Shown piece after piece: positions 24,401-38,055 of a DNA stretch of 64,000 bases. The position numbers were made by a program, and so were the translations under genes. Position 1 is the first letter of the stretch; each line of letters begins with the position of its first letter. Where the stretch lies: NCBI GenBank assembly GCA_002633005.1, contig NMRA01000233.1, forward strand, positions 124,001 to 188,000, in the 5' to 3' direction. The notes beneath the pieces are model-generated. The model did no database searches. It was not told where the DNA came from and was given only the letters and a program-made list of their open reading frames with translations. This DNA is from Phoronis australis. Its lineage: Eukaryota > Animalia > Phoronida.

Positions 24401-27400
24401 TTTTTGTTACATTTCGAAAGTAGTGTATGGCGATTAGAACACACAAGTTATGTCTGTGCCTGATGAAAATATGTCTTAGAAAATTCTGCTGTTGCAGAGA
24501 CAATTGAGCTAAGAATTCATGTGTGATTTTGAAACGAATGAGATCTATGTTGGTCATTAGGTAGTGAGCTAATTAATGGTCTCAAAATCTTAAATTGTTG
24601 TTGTGTATCTTTAGGACGTGTCATCTAACCAAACAATGTGAAAATTTGGCTGTTTTTGGCAAGCTACAATGCTCTAAATTCAAGAGACTGTCTTAAATTA
24701 AGGAACCACTTTTAGTTGCATAACTTTAGCCCTGCCCTGGGCATTTGATAAAGAGCTATCAATGGTCAATGGCAGCTTTATATATTTTATTAGCAGTGGG
24801 CATTGATTATGCAGTACCTATTAATAGTCACTGGGCACTTGTCGAAGTATGTCATTCAGAGCTGGTTGTGAACTTAAAGCGATCGGCGTTAATAAATGAA
24901 TTCATGGTGGATTTTGCAATGCGTCATGCTGACCTTAAGCTTTCTTTACCTTGTTTTATATCCAATTGACAGCTTTTTATCGATTGTCTTGTGCGCTCGC
25001 CTTGATATTTCGGCTGCAACTTTTAATAATCAACTTCATTAATTTGTGGTCCGTTATGTTGTTCACAGCCTGTCCACTGGAAGCAAATGAACAATTTAGG
25101 AAATATGTAATTACTGTAATTTGATGAAATTGTCGCGAATTGTTGCCATAGACACATAGTATACTGGATGGCCTTCTTTGTAAAACATAACACAGCCTGG
25201 TGAGAAAGTTTTTAAATACTAGTTGTGCAAACAAAATAGAACTGATGAAAATATTTTCAAAGGCAGCTGTTTGCCTGTCCCTTATTTGTCGATCTGAATC
25301 GCAGCTCAGTTGTCTTGAGGGTTTCTTCAGAAGCACCATCCTCCTCATCTTTAAAGAACTCGTGCGAAGGAGTCTTTGAATCTCACCTGCCAATGCAGTC
25401 AGTTCTCCGGTGATCTGGTTTTGTTTTTCAATGCATGACAGTTCTTTCCATACAGACGGTATTTCTTCCGTCACGAACCATAATATGCGTCTTATGTTGC
25501 AAATTAGAATGTGGTTTATATGAACAAATGTGCATGAAACAAACAGGCATGCTGTCGTGTGAGAAAGAGAAATGTCCGCTTTTGAGAAAAGAATTTTATT
25601 TATGAGAAAGTAAGCGCTCTTAGTGAGAGCTTGCACAGTTTAAGATTTTCCGGAGGAAACGAAGCTGGCCACCCGGGAGATTTCTCTGTCTTTTCAATTT
25701 AAAAGGTATACAGTTCAGCTGATCCATTGAACATTGACCAGTATCATATGAGCAAGCTGACGTCATGGGAAAGGCTGTTCATGCCGTTCTCATTTTGTCA
25801 GGTTGTAGTGTTTACGAAATGGAGGCAAGGTATGGTGAAACTTAATCAGACCCATTGTGCATGCTACTTGTTCTCGTTATTTCCTTTTTCCTGCTGTGGC
25901 TAAGAATAGCTGTTGTGAAAATAACCGTGCTGGGGGCACTGGTCATGTGGACATGGTGTGTTTGTGTGGATGGAGGCTGGTCAGTGCTCTTTAGATCTGT
26001 AACACTTGCAAGATAAGCTAGTGTAATATTACGTGCCACATTTGTTTTGCATGGCGATGTCTTGCGAAGTCGTCTGGTTGGCCAGATTGGGCAAAAGCAC
26101 ACTGCCAGAACTGCTAGTATCTCCATTTAATTTTGTGTCCTATATATTTAAATTACGTCGATCAGGTGACCAGTAGTCACCTTGCCCGTAAGTAAGCATG
26201 ATAGTAAATGGATGATTTTTAATACGTAGGTGACCCAGTAAATTCACTGGTAACACGATTGAATTTAACTTAATTCCAAAAAGGAAATGATGAGAGAACA
26301 TCAAAAAAGGATTAAGTTGATGAACTGGTGAATCTGCTTATTGGACCTTCTAGTTTTTATCATGCTTTCACTCAATAGTTTGCCCCAGCTCACCAGTCCC
26401 AGCCATGATAAGTATTGGTTGTCGAAATACGCAAGGGGGCTATCAATCCTATCCCATAAGGACAGTTGGTGGACCAACTACTTTTTAGTGTAAATGTTAG
26501 GTTCTCTTGGTGAAGCTAAAACTTCAGCAGTGCATTTATGTAACACTTGCCATGACTGGCCTTCTGCTTGAGTTTCTGTAATGACTTAACACAAGTACTG
26601 CACAGTTGACTGTTACGCAAGCAATGCCCGCATCACCAAGCAGGGGAGTTTCATGGCTACCTGGGTCAAACACAGGCCAGCCATGTCCTTTGTGTGGAAG
26701 TGTCCATTCAGTTATGGCTTAAAAAAAAAGAAATTGGTCTAGCTGGGGGGGAGGGATCAGGAAAAACCTTCAGGATTTCGCGTAATTTTCTGATTCTGAA
26801 ATTTTAAGTCTGCGCAGAGGGAAGGTAATTCTAATGTAAATAGAGATTAGATTATATAAGTGTAGATGTACTTTGGATAACAACAGCTCCCAGTTGTGTG
26901 TGTGTGCATTATACCTGTGAGTGGTATTTGCCTACAAGTACCTAATTGCCTGTAAAGACATAGGAACTGTTAACAAATTGATTTTATTCTTAACTTCCAA
27001 GAAGTCTGACCGAACATGTCACCTGACTGATAAGCTTTTTGTGTTTGTACAAATGCGTGTCTGCCATCTTGAAACATATGGTTTCTTTTTAAGAAAACAA
27101 GGTTGGTGGACTTTACAAATATCAATCTCCTGTTGCCCTTTTTCCCAGAGTCCTTCAATTTTAAGGTTGATGACTGCCTGTCAACAGTAGTCTTTTCATA
27201 TTGGGGCTCGGTCAAGTTGTGAGGGATGGATTTTGGATATGCTGGATGTTGCAAATGCGACCTGGGATTTTGGCGAGGTCGCAAAGTGCGACGTGGCAGT
27301 TTTCATAGCATCAAGCACTATATATATTGGAATTGGTACCATCAGATTACATAATAATTACAGGTGATATAAGTTTTCTTAATCAGTGTTGGTTGAGAGG

Positions 27401-29031
27401 TGTTCATCTAATGATTACATATTGGAATCTGTATCATCAGATAATGTAATAATGACGTAGAATTAACAAAACAATTAGCATGTCTCTCACCATTTTGACA
27501 GGCTGGGGATATAAGTTTTCCTAATCAGTGTTTGTTGGGAGATGTTCATCTAATTATTACTGTTATATGAAACCTACTGCAAATGAATACAATGTAAAAC
27601 AAAATGTATTACATATGTTTTGTATTACATATGTATCTATCCAGGTCATTGATTTTGATGCTTGGCTAATCATATGCACAGCTTTCAGTTTCAGAAGAAA
27701 TGAAATGGTGACCCTCAATTGGCCTATTATCAAATACCTTATTGTCAAATACATTTATTTGATTATTGAGACGCCTGTACTGTCTAGATGCTCAAGTGTA
27801 CCTGGGAGCTCTTTTGACAACCGAGGTGTGATTGTGTGTTGACTTCAAGAATAAGCTTTATGACAAAACACTTCAATACATGCATTTGACCTCAGATAAG
27901 TTACCATCTAGGTGTTTGCTAATTGTATAGATTTAAATAGCTGATATTTCTTACTTCTGCCATGCCATGCTATATTGCTGTTGGTACTAGGATTATGGAA
28001 TTGTATCATGTATAATGTTCGGTAAAAACTATGTTACAATTTAGACACCTCTTCAAGTGAAGTTAAAAAGTTCATGAAAAAATCACAAGAACTCCTTAGA
28101 GTTGTGTTCAAAGCACATCTCAAATGCGTTAGACCAAAATGACTGACGAGAGGTACATGAGTGGCACACACAAGTTGAAATGAAACCTCCAATTTTCATT
28201 TCAAAACAAAAAGTTGACTTAAATTCTGAAATCATACAAAACGCATCTCATGACAGTGTTATGGCAAAAGTGATGCGTTATGTGAAACATGTTTGTTTGA
28301 GGTGGTTGGTCGCCTGAATGTCAATTCTAAATTTCATATGATGACACCGCCCTTTGGTAATGTATTAGAAAGAGCTTCAATCACTCATTTTGCCAAGGTG
28401 TAATTTAATTACAGGTTATTGCAAGATGTACCCCAACAAGACCTACCACCCATTAGTCTTCGCAAAAATAAACTTGTTTGGTTATGCAGGTATTTTTATT
28501 GTTTTTCAACTTATGATCAAAATAGTCCCCAGTTGTGGTGAATGTGGAATGAGTTACAATGGGGGCAAGGGCATTCTACCTAAATATAACCCTATGAAGA
28601 CACTTACAGGGAGAAATCTGCTAATGGGACGGGAATAGCTGTTTTTGAATGCAGCTGACCAGTCACATGGAAGCCATTTTGCTTGTGTGCCATATGACTA
28701 AGGCCCTCACAGGCTCACCAAAGCACTCACTTATCACTTGAGTGATTTATCATATGGTCTGGCATGATCTGGCTTTTCTTGTTTGAAACCTGCTTTACAA
28801 AATACACAACTCACCCATGTGGCCCTATGGTCAGTGGTACTACCAGGCAGGATAATATGAAACCTTGTAGTACGCTAATTCCTCACCACTTTTGCACAAA
28901 AATAATTGCCAGTATTGCCATATTTCTATTGTTTCAAAGGCTCGCCAGCTTGCTACAAATAATAGAAACTCTGCCGCGGATTGCTTTTTGACACCCACGC
29001 ACTCCAAACCGTGCTAGTGCTCAAATCATTA

Positions 29032-29136
29032 AATTTTCACTGTCCCAAACTGCATAATTTCCACTGTCCCAAACTGGATAATTTCCACTGTCCCAAACTG
29101 GATAATTTCCACTGTCCCAAACTGGATAATTTCCAC
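29032..29136. repeat. 24-bp minisatellite, about 4 copies
   Basis: unit cactgtcccaaactggataatttc. Confidence 0.95.
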
Positions 29137-32100
29137 GGTGCTTGCTGGTGTTAATCACCTCACATCCTACTTCAAATTACGGCGCCATACCCTTCTAAGA
29201 TGGGAACCAGTGCCAGCTTCATAACGAATGCACAGCTACCTGAACATGTCACCTTGCGAATGACTCTTCTCACAGCCACTTGAACACATAGGCTTTCATT
29301 CTGACCCTTCCCAGGCTCTTTTGCCTGCTGAGTCAGGGCCGCACTTTGTCTCAAGTATATGGAAATTAATGATGGATTGCGCTTGTTCAAAATCCCTTTA
29401 AAAAGCATTTTAAGAATGGTTTCCACAACTACGTTCCCCATTATGAAAATTCACGGTCTGTTCATTTGCCTTTGCATTACAAAAACCTCCCATTTGGTTT
29501 CAACTGCAGATGGCAGTGGTTTCTAACTACTAGGCAATTACATCGCCCTGGATGCCGCAGGCATACAGGGGCGATAGGACATCCCCACAAAAGTTACAAA
29601 TTTCATAGTACAGGAAATAAAATCAAATGAAACATGCATATATGCACATGAAGTTATAATTAACACATACCTTAAGTCTGGAGACGATTCAGTCAAGATA
29701 ATTTGAACAAATCGTTGAAAACTTGTCACGGTTTGCTCAAGTCTCTCTTACCGGGCGTGATTTTGAGGAAGTTACGTGAAATCGTGCATGTTGAAGCGAA
29801 ATGAATGTTGACGAATAAAAAGTCCAAGGGACACAAATCTTACAAATTTCACCTGATACCTTCCCATGCTATTTTGCAAGTGTCTCGCGCTAGCCTGTGT
29901 CTCGCGCTAGCCTTTGCCTAACTCACGTGACTCAACTGAAATACTTTGTGGTTATTGCGCGCGTGGTGAAAAGTTAACGGTGACCAAAAAAGTGGAGTTT
30001 GAATTCTTCGCCAATGTTACTTTAGTTCTCGTAACTAAGCTTCGTCGAAGATATGTGTAGAAGTTAGAAAGGAACACTGAAGAAAGTAAGCGCTTTTTTA
30101 AGTGATAGTTTTAAGTGTGGAATGTATTTTTGACGAGATGAAAACTCTAAACCGGTGACCGGATTTGGCTTACCGCCCATTTAAAATACATGGGACGAAA
30201 TTCATACAGGAAGTGATAGGAAATATTGTAGCCCCTAACCGGCCAACCGAGGGGCTACGTGTTGCCTATCTAACTATAAGCTAGTCCCGATATCGATCCT
30301 GTCCAGATGTCAAACTTGCCCTCATGGGCTATTTGGTTTGGCATCAGGTCTCGAAGACCAATTATGCTAAAACTATTCATCAACCGGGTACCAGAGAACC
30401 CGAGACCTAATGCATCTATTTTGGCTAATTCTTTATGGTATTTCCTTGGGTAAACATGATCCCAACTTATGTTTCAATGGGAATTCAATGTCACCAATCA
30501 AACAGTTCGAAAATCACCTCTGAAGTCCATGGTGATAAATCTATTTAAGCCAGTGTTATATTTGGGCAAAGCCATAGCTTGTGGGATGATTGCTTTATTT
30601 TACACAACTGGACCTTAGATGAGAAACCATGATAATCTGGCCTCTTGATAACTATAGGAATATTGTACAAATCTATTGATGAAGTACAGGGTACACTGGA
30701 AACTGGGCCCAAGTTCCTAATGGAATGTCAGCTCTCCACAGTTAACTGCTGTGGTTACTATAGTCACACCTATCATTAACCCTCATTTATCTTAGGTAAT
30801 GCATTGTCAATGGCCAACAATGCTGTGGGCCTTGCAACCTCACCTGAGCATACAGCCTGGTGAATGCTCTGTATTTGCACTGCATGGCAGGTTTCCCTAA
30901 TTCCAGTCTAATCCAGAAAACCTTGTTTGATTCCTGCTGAGATGGGCTTGTTCTGTCAATGGCAGTTCTATTCTCATTTGGGTTAGGTGATTTGAGGAGG
31001 ATGTGAAATCCTACTAGTCAATTATTACCTTTCAATGAAGGTGAGCTGGTATAGACCACCTGCTAGGTCACCAATTCAGTTTTAAAAATTAAGCTACATT
31101 TGTGCCTGAAGATACTCACCTGAACAAAAAGTCAGCATTTGTTCTGCAGGCAGGTGTGCTTGATTTGCTTGTCACTGAATATGTTGAGCCTCATACCAAC
31201 TAGCATTTCCCAGTATATAGTGGTTGGTGTTGGGGGATTTGATTTGACAAACTTTCATAGTCAGTTACAGTTCTCCTGAGACTTGGATTAAGATTTCATG
31301 TAGTTTGGAGTGTACAGATTTTTTTTAATAAATTCCCACGCCTTCATGATGGCACTGTTGTGCTGAGGGATATTCGAATATCTCGCGACAAAAATGTCAC
31401 CGTCACGAAATGTTTGACTACGGAGATGAAAATGCGTATTCATCTTCATCAACTCCTCTCTTTTTCTGCACAGTTTGAGATTAGATCAAGCTTTTGTGCT
31501 CTCTCCATGCTAAAGAGTTGTTAAGTGTGGTGCTAGCTATTGCCTACACGTGTCCACGATTACAGAAAAGGCACCTGTGTTCGTTACTACCCCTTACCCA
31601 CCCTGTTGCACAATCCTATTTGCACACAATATGACTGACAACTGAAATATTACTTGGTCAAATTTCTTGAAAAGTAGAGATGACGAAGAAATTGTACACA
31701 GTCTAATGAATAATATATGCTTGGTTTGTATGCTGTAGATTTGATAAAACGTAATCACCCGGTAGTTGCTTATGGGTATTTGGTAACCAGTCATTGAAAA
31801 CTAGAAAAATGTCTATTTTGGCAATTATTTGTGAGAATTAACTTGAGAATTACCGTTACCAAATGAAGCAGTTAACAGTGATTCAGTGTAACAGCAGTAC
31901 GTGACTTGTATCATCATGTCCTTGTTAGCCGTGTAGTACTTGTTATCCGTGGAGTACTTGTTATACCGTGTATGGCGCATAATAAGTCCTTTTTTTTCTA
32001 CTAGAACTGAGAATTTGACGCACAATGACACAGTTGGCCTTGAAATCTTTTTCTATTGCCGCTAAAACTTGCTTTATTTAATGGATGTAATGGATGTGTA

Positions 32101-32658
32101 TAAGATTTGTTTGCATTGAGGGTAGCATCGTTAAGTGTTCAGAATTGGTTTCCGTGACTCCTTGTGATACATTTGCTCCACATTCAGTTGCTTTCTCGTA
32201 CTCGCATCATCCAAGGCAAGGTACAGAGAGTTGAGAGACAATACTGTGCTCATAGTCTACTAGTGGACACATCAGCAGTCAAAACCTAAATGCTACACTT
32301 TCCTCCACTTGTTTTTAAAGTTTGGATGCTTTTTTCAAATTAACCATTGGCCTATAAACCTCCCGATAATTTAAGACTGGCAAAATTACTGTTGACCGCT
32401 TCTGTTGATGATAGCTGCCATAGGTTGACTCAAGACTCACTGATCGTACTGCACTAAGTGACCTTGACTGTTGTCTTTGATCCATAGCCTCTCCCTGTGC
32501 TATGTCATTTCCAAGTTATGTCTGATAACCAGTCAGTTTTGATATAATCTGACAGCTGCTTTTAAGTTCACCTCAAATGACTCTGTGTGAAGTTGATCAA
32601 TACTTTAACAATAATAGGAATTACTTTCTTTAAGTGACCAGCTTGTTTAAGGGAAAAA

Positions 32659-34199
32659 CTGTAAACTCACTGGTTAATGCCCTGGGCGCTTAAATTGGGA
32701 AAACCTTTGGCAGGGGTTGAGGGGGGTGGGCGATTACCCAAACAGTAGGCGTGAACAGTTGGCCAAAAGTAGGGGTGGACGATTACCCAAGAGGTGGGCG
32801 CTTACATCCAAGTTTCAACCGAACTGGGCAAGTGCGCGGAGTGTTCATTTGAACTTGGAGCTTGTGGGTTCGGTTTATCAGCGGACCCCCACAACCACAA
32901 AGTTTCTCACAACTCAAACAGAAACAGGGTTTCGACTTTGAAAGGGTGATTTCAAGAGATATTTTCAAATATCTTAACATGCTGCAAAATGTCATACCAC
33001 GGAGCTTTAAGAAGCTTGAATGGCAGTCCACTTACCGTATCAGTAAGTACTATTTCAGACCAGTGAACGGGACTACATTTCGTTACCTGCGCCATTGTAT
33101 TTTTAGTGGTGTTCTTACGACAGTGTTTGGTTGGATCTCTAATGGTCTTGTCTCGTCGTTGTTAATGTCGTCTGTGTATTGAACCCGATAAACTTCCGAT
33201 TCTCAATTTAGTATATCTGGTGCTGGATCAAAAATAGACAATTTGTTCGCGGCCGACACAAAACGTTTGCAATTATATGACGAGAGGGGGGTGTGAATAA
33301 TTGCTCAATTCAAATCTGGGTTGACTCAGCAGATAAATCTCCCGTGCTCTATGGCTGCAGGCCTTTATCCAGGATTTCGAAAATAGGGTGTTCAAAATGG
33401 GGTTCCCAATATTCCAGGGCGTCCATGATTCCGACGGGTAACCCCCCACCCCCAGCAATCCCCCCAAACACACAGATTTTTTTACAAAAAATGCATAGGC
33501 CAAGGTTTTTACATCTAAGTTTACAAAACAGCCTTCTTTAGTGAGCATTTTTACTAAAAAGACTTTTACAATGCTATCAACCAAGTCTGAGCATAAAAAC
33601 ATTATATTTACTTTGTATATTTCTTCATGCTTTGGAAAAGAGCCCCCACTGTGAGAACTCAGAGGCTTCCCAGTATTCATTACAATGCATGAGTCCAAAC
33701 TTGAAAGGTTCCTATTGACAGTGAGCTCCAAATGATACATTGGGCATCCTTGCCAGGGTGTCCAGATTAGTGCTAGGGTGCCCTGGACTTACGCTGCATT
33801 AAGGCCTGTATGGCTGCAATTACAACGAGAGGGGGGTTTGATTTGTCAATTCAAATCTGTCAACCCAGGAGAAAACAAGCAAAATCACGTGCTCCGTCTG
33901 AAAATACTCCTGTTCTCGCCAAGCACTAAAAACTTGGTGTACTGAATTCGAATAAGCATCGGAAATGGTGCCTGATACAAAAAAATAAATTCAGACGAGA
34001 TAATTCGAAAACTTGTCACCTACATCGGTGACGACCAGGACATCGTAAGTGGGCTTCTATCGGTACTTTCCAAAGCCCCACTGTAAAAGTTCCGATGACT
34101 GAGTGATTACTCAAGCAGTGGGCGCTTAAAACCGAAAATTGACCAAAAGTAGGGGATGGACGATTACATGGGCATGGGCTTTGACCGGCGAGTTTACAG
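32659..34199. mobile_element. non-autonomous Tc1/mariner-superfamily-like element (about 1.5 kb including a nested insert)
   Basis: imperfect TIRs ctgtaaactcactggttaatgccc / gggctttgaccggcgagtttacag; right flank TA, left flank AA; subterminal gtagggg(a)tggacgattac motif near both ends. Confidence 0.7.
33358..33808. mobile_element. hAT-type MITE (451 bp) nested in the previous element
   Basis: TIRs caggcctttatccag / ctgcattaaggcctg; perfect 8-bp TSD tatggctg at 33350-33357 and 33809-33816. Confidence 0.85.
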
Positions 34200-36728
34200 T
34201 ATTCACCACTATTCTCTACTTGATACGCATAAAAATAATTGTCGAAATCGTCAATTTCCATGTTTCATTGGCCGATGACTTTACTGCAAATAATGCATAA
34301 TTAACTAAAAGTTGTTTTATGACATCTACAATGTACAAACTAATAGAGTAAAATGTTCTTTCATTTTTGTGGAGAAATTTGACAAAAAGATGATTTCACT
34401 TGTCAGCCATATTGTGTGCTACGTAAATAAGCGAAGAATTGCTGTATCTAGTAAATTGTAGTCAATTTCCCATTTGTATTACTGACATATGTTTATGACC
34501 TTTCCTACTAAGGTAGCTTTGATCTCAACACAGTTATCAGGATTCTGCTATCAGGATTATTTTGATGACAACAGTGTCACCTACCCTTTACTGTTACATT
34601 GACATTCCTCTCATAGCAGGGAGTTGTCATGAAAGGCTCCTAAAGCAGTCCCCAGAGGGCTAGCTTTCTTGGACTTGCCTGGGGGCATGTATGCCTTGTT
34701 GCCCTCCCCACAGTCAGCTGAGCGTCCAGGTGGCATAGCGAGGACAGGAAAAGAGGACTAGAAAGTGGCCTATGTAAACTGAAGTGGCACACAAGTTTCA
34801 CTACTTCGAAATGATATCATGATGTGAATTGCATCATTGGTGTCAAATTGTGCTGGGTTGATTATGGTCTCCACTGTCATTTGCAGCATTTAATCTCCTG
34901 AAGCAACACACTGTGACTACTGCACTCACCAGAAGCTGTGGTCTGAATCTGCGACTTTTTAACACACTGTATTATTACCATCTAGGTGCCTTATGAAGTT
35001 GATAAAGTTGGCCTAGCTAATCGTCATAATTGAGTACCATTATTACAGTTGAAGATTATTCTGGTTCATTGTGTGTCCAGCAATTCCCATGGCACTATTC
35101 TAATAAATCGCTGACGCACAGTCTAATCGACATTTTAGTCCGCTTTTTAATGCCCATTCTTCCCAAAGTAAATCTGTAGTGTAATCACCTATGCTTATTT
35201 ATTGCTACTGGTCAGATATCTAGAGGATTTCAGTTCAGTAACGTGAAGATTATTTGATTGATTTCCAGACCACAGTGACTGCGTTTTATGTCATCTATGA
35301 CATCATAACAGGTGATTTTTTAGACCCAAAGAAAGTCAGGCGTGTAAATTTGTTTCAAGTCAGCTGTCAGTATTCATCACATATAAACCGCAAGTGAACG
35401 TGGTCTGAGGCATATAGTGTACAGCTTAGAGTGATTTCTCATCTATTTGGCAGCAAAATATTGGTAAAAATTGCACTTTTCCATTTTTAAGGGTTTCTTC
35501 CAATTAGTTTAACGTTTTTTTAAAGGTTGGCTTCTAATATTCACCAGTTGTACTTTCTAGAGAGATAGATTACAGGATTGGTAGATAATTTTGGTGTTGG
35601 TATTGTTGGAGCGCTCCTGATGTGGAGGGACTAATGTACCTTGGCGAACCCTCTATAGCTTTTCATTCGATTGAGAATACTGAACAAGGCGACATTTCTT
35701 AAAACCCTCTGGACATCTACATTGCCTAAGTTTTATTAGATACATTCTAACACTATGAAGTTTTGCTTGTTCTTCCCAGCATTACTGGCAAGTGGCAATT
35801 TTATTGATTTTTGTCGTCTTTAGGGCTTCTTTTTGTTTAGCATGACTTAGTCAGGTGATATATCTTGTCACACAGTAATGATAACACGTTCTTCATTCCC
35901 ATTTCATTCGTCTCAAGAGTATCAAAGTCTTTTAAAGGAATTATCAATACTTTTGATGAAGGCAAATGTTTTGTACCCCAAGCGTGGGGTAGTTTCACTT
36001 ATCTGTTTTTATTAATTTGCGTCCATCTGCTAGAGTGAGGTGAACTTGGGGGCACATTCTTTACTGAAAATGTTGCCCACCTTCTCAAGGTGTGTTGTTA
36101 ATGTCACTTGACATACATCAAATACCTCCCGAGTTCAGCTAAATAGCTTGCAATAAAAGTCTTTCACGACTGGAAATCACATAAAACGGGAAGTTTCCAT
36201 ACAACTACAATTATTTATATCTTAATTGTAATATTTAAAATAAGGGTGGCCTCTTCAGTGACAGTACTGTTTTCCACGAGCGCCCTCCACTACATACAAC
36301 CCGTTAAATATAGGTCCATCTGGGCTTGTTTTCAGATATCCAGTTCCCAATCTATAAAGTTGGAAAATTATTGGAAGAACTTATTTCCGTGATTAGTTGG
36401 TTGAAATTTGAATTGTAATAATAATAATATTGTAGTTTATGTGTAGCTGTAATGGTTGTCCAGTTTGCTGAAAAAAATGTTGCATTTTATTAAATTAAGG
36501 TCGCTCTGGTCTCGTCACCAAAATTTCAAGTGATTTCTGGGTGTTGCAAGTGCTGAAGTTTTCTAGCAAAGAACTTAACGTTTGTGCCTCAAGAGTGACA
36601 TGGTTACGGCAAAATCTCGCCGATTTCGGACAATTTCCATAGTTACCTTTTTGTAGCTTTTCGAGGTCTGCTAACCTTGTTGTGAATGTCCACAATTTTT
36701 CAAAATATTTTCCAATGATAGATTTGGT

Positions 36729-38055
36729 ACAAAACTTGAACGTGTTAAAGCATTAACTTGATGCTATATATCTTTTCCTGAAAATGAGAAAATTTCACTT
36801 GGCTGCCATATTCTATCCTAGTTATTGATATTAAATGTATTGCCTGGTTTTGACTGGATGGAGTGTGCACCACACGACCACGCGTTTGTTTTTAATACAT
36901 TGGCGTTTGTTAAGTTTCACTGTTAGTTGTCAACTGTGGGTATAGTGACGCAGGGTGTTTGTTGATAGCGTTGTACCATCGAATATCTGATTGGTTGCTG
37001 TCAACAGTGTCGCTGATTGGTTGCTGTCAACAGTGTCGGCTTTCAGAACATTAGGTTTTAATTGAACTGGCAAATTTGTTCTGCCTGAAAATGATTCTCC
37101 TGCATGCGTAGGAATCCTCCGTCATTAATATCCTTGACCTGGGGTAACATTGCTTCAATGTAATTTGTGGGTATTTTTATCCAGCATTTTGTGAATGGAC
37201 CAGTTGCACCTCAACTTGATGAAACGACGGACATCTGTTAAAAGGTTCTAACAGACTGATTTTATTTTTTGCGAATTTACCATGACCAGTTGAAAGAAAA
37301 TGCGATGAATCTGATCAAAGTGTTTGGTAATTGTTGTTAGCTAATGGTTCCATGGTTTCTCCCGTGTGTCCTGGTATTTCTAACAGGAGTCNACAAAACT
37401 TGAACGTGTTAAAGCATTAACTTGATGCTATATATCTTTTCCTGAAAATGAGAAAATTTCACTTGGCTGCCATATTCTATCCTAGTTATTGATATTAAAT
37501 GTATTGCCTGGTTTTGACTGGATGGAGTGTGCACCACACGACCACGCGTTTGTTTTTAATACATTGGCGTTTGTTAAGTTTCACTGTTAGTTGTCAACTG
37601 TGGGTATAGTGACGCAGGGTGTTTGTTGATAGCGTTGTACCATCGAATATCTGATTGGTTGCTGTCAACAGTGTCGCTGATTGGTTGCTGTCAACAGTGT
37701 CGGCTTTCAGAACATTAGGTTTTAATTGAACTGGCAAATTTGTTCTGCCTGAAAATGATTCGCCTGCATGCGTAGGAATCCTCCGTCATTAATATCCTTA
37801 ACTTGTGGTAACATTGCTTCAATGTAATTTGTGGGTATTTTTATCCAGCATTTTGTGAATGGACCAGTTGCACCTCAACTTGATGAAACGACGGACATCT
37901 GTTAAAAGGTTCTAACAAACTGATTTTATTTTTTGCGAATTTACCATGACCAGTTGAAAGAAAATGCGATGAATCTGATCAAAGTGTTTGGTAATTCTTG
38001 TTAGCTAATGGTTCCATGGTTCCTCCCCTGTGTCCTGGTATTTCTAATAGGAGTC
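36729..38055. repeat. 663-bp tandem duplication split by a single N (37392); likely two haplotypes
   Basis: 36729-37391 vs 37393-38055 near-identical with a few substitutions. Confidence 0.9.

Noticed and set aside
24977-25636. 219-aa minus-strand ORF in FoxO intron 1
   Set aside because: Non-ATG start, composition typical of AT-rich non-coding DNA, and no motif recognised in the frames examined.
36729-38055. 663-bp tandem duplication as a biological event
   Set aside because: The junction is a single N and the copies differ by only a few substitutions, so an assembly artefact is more likely.
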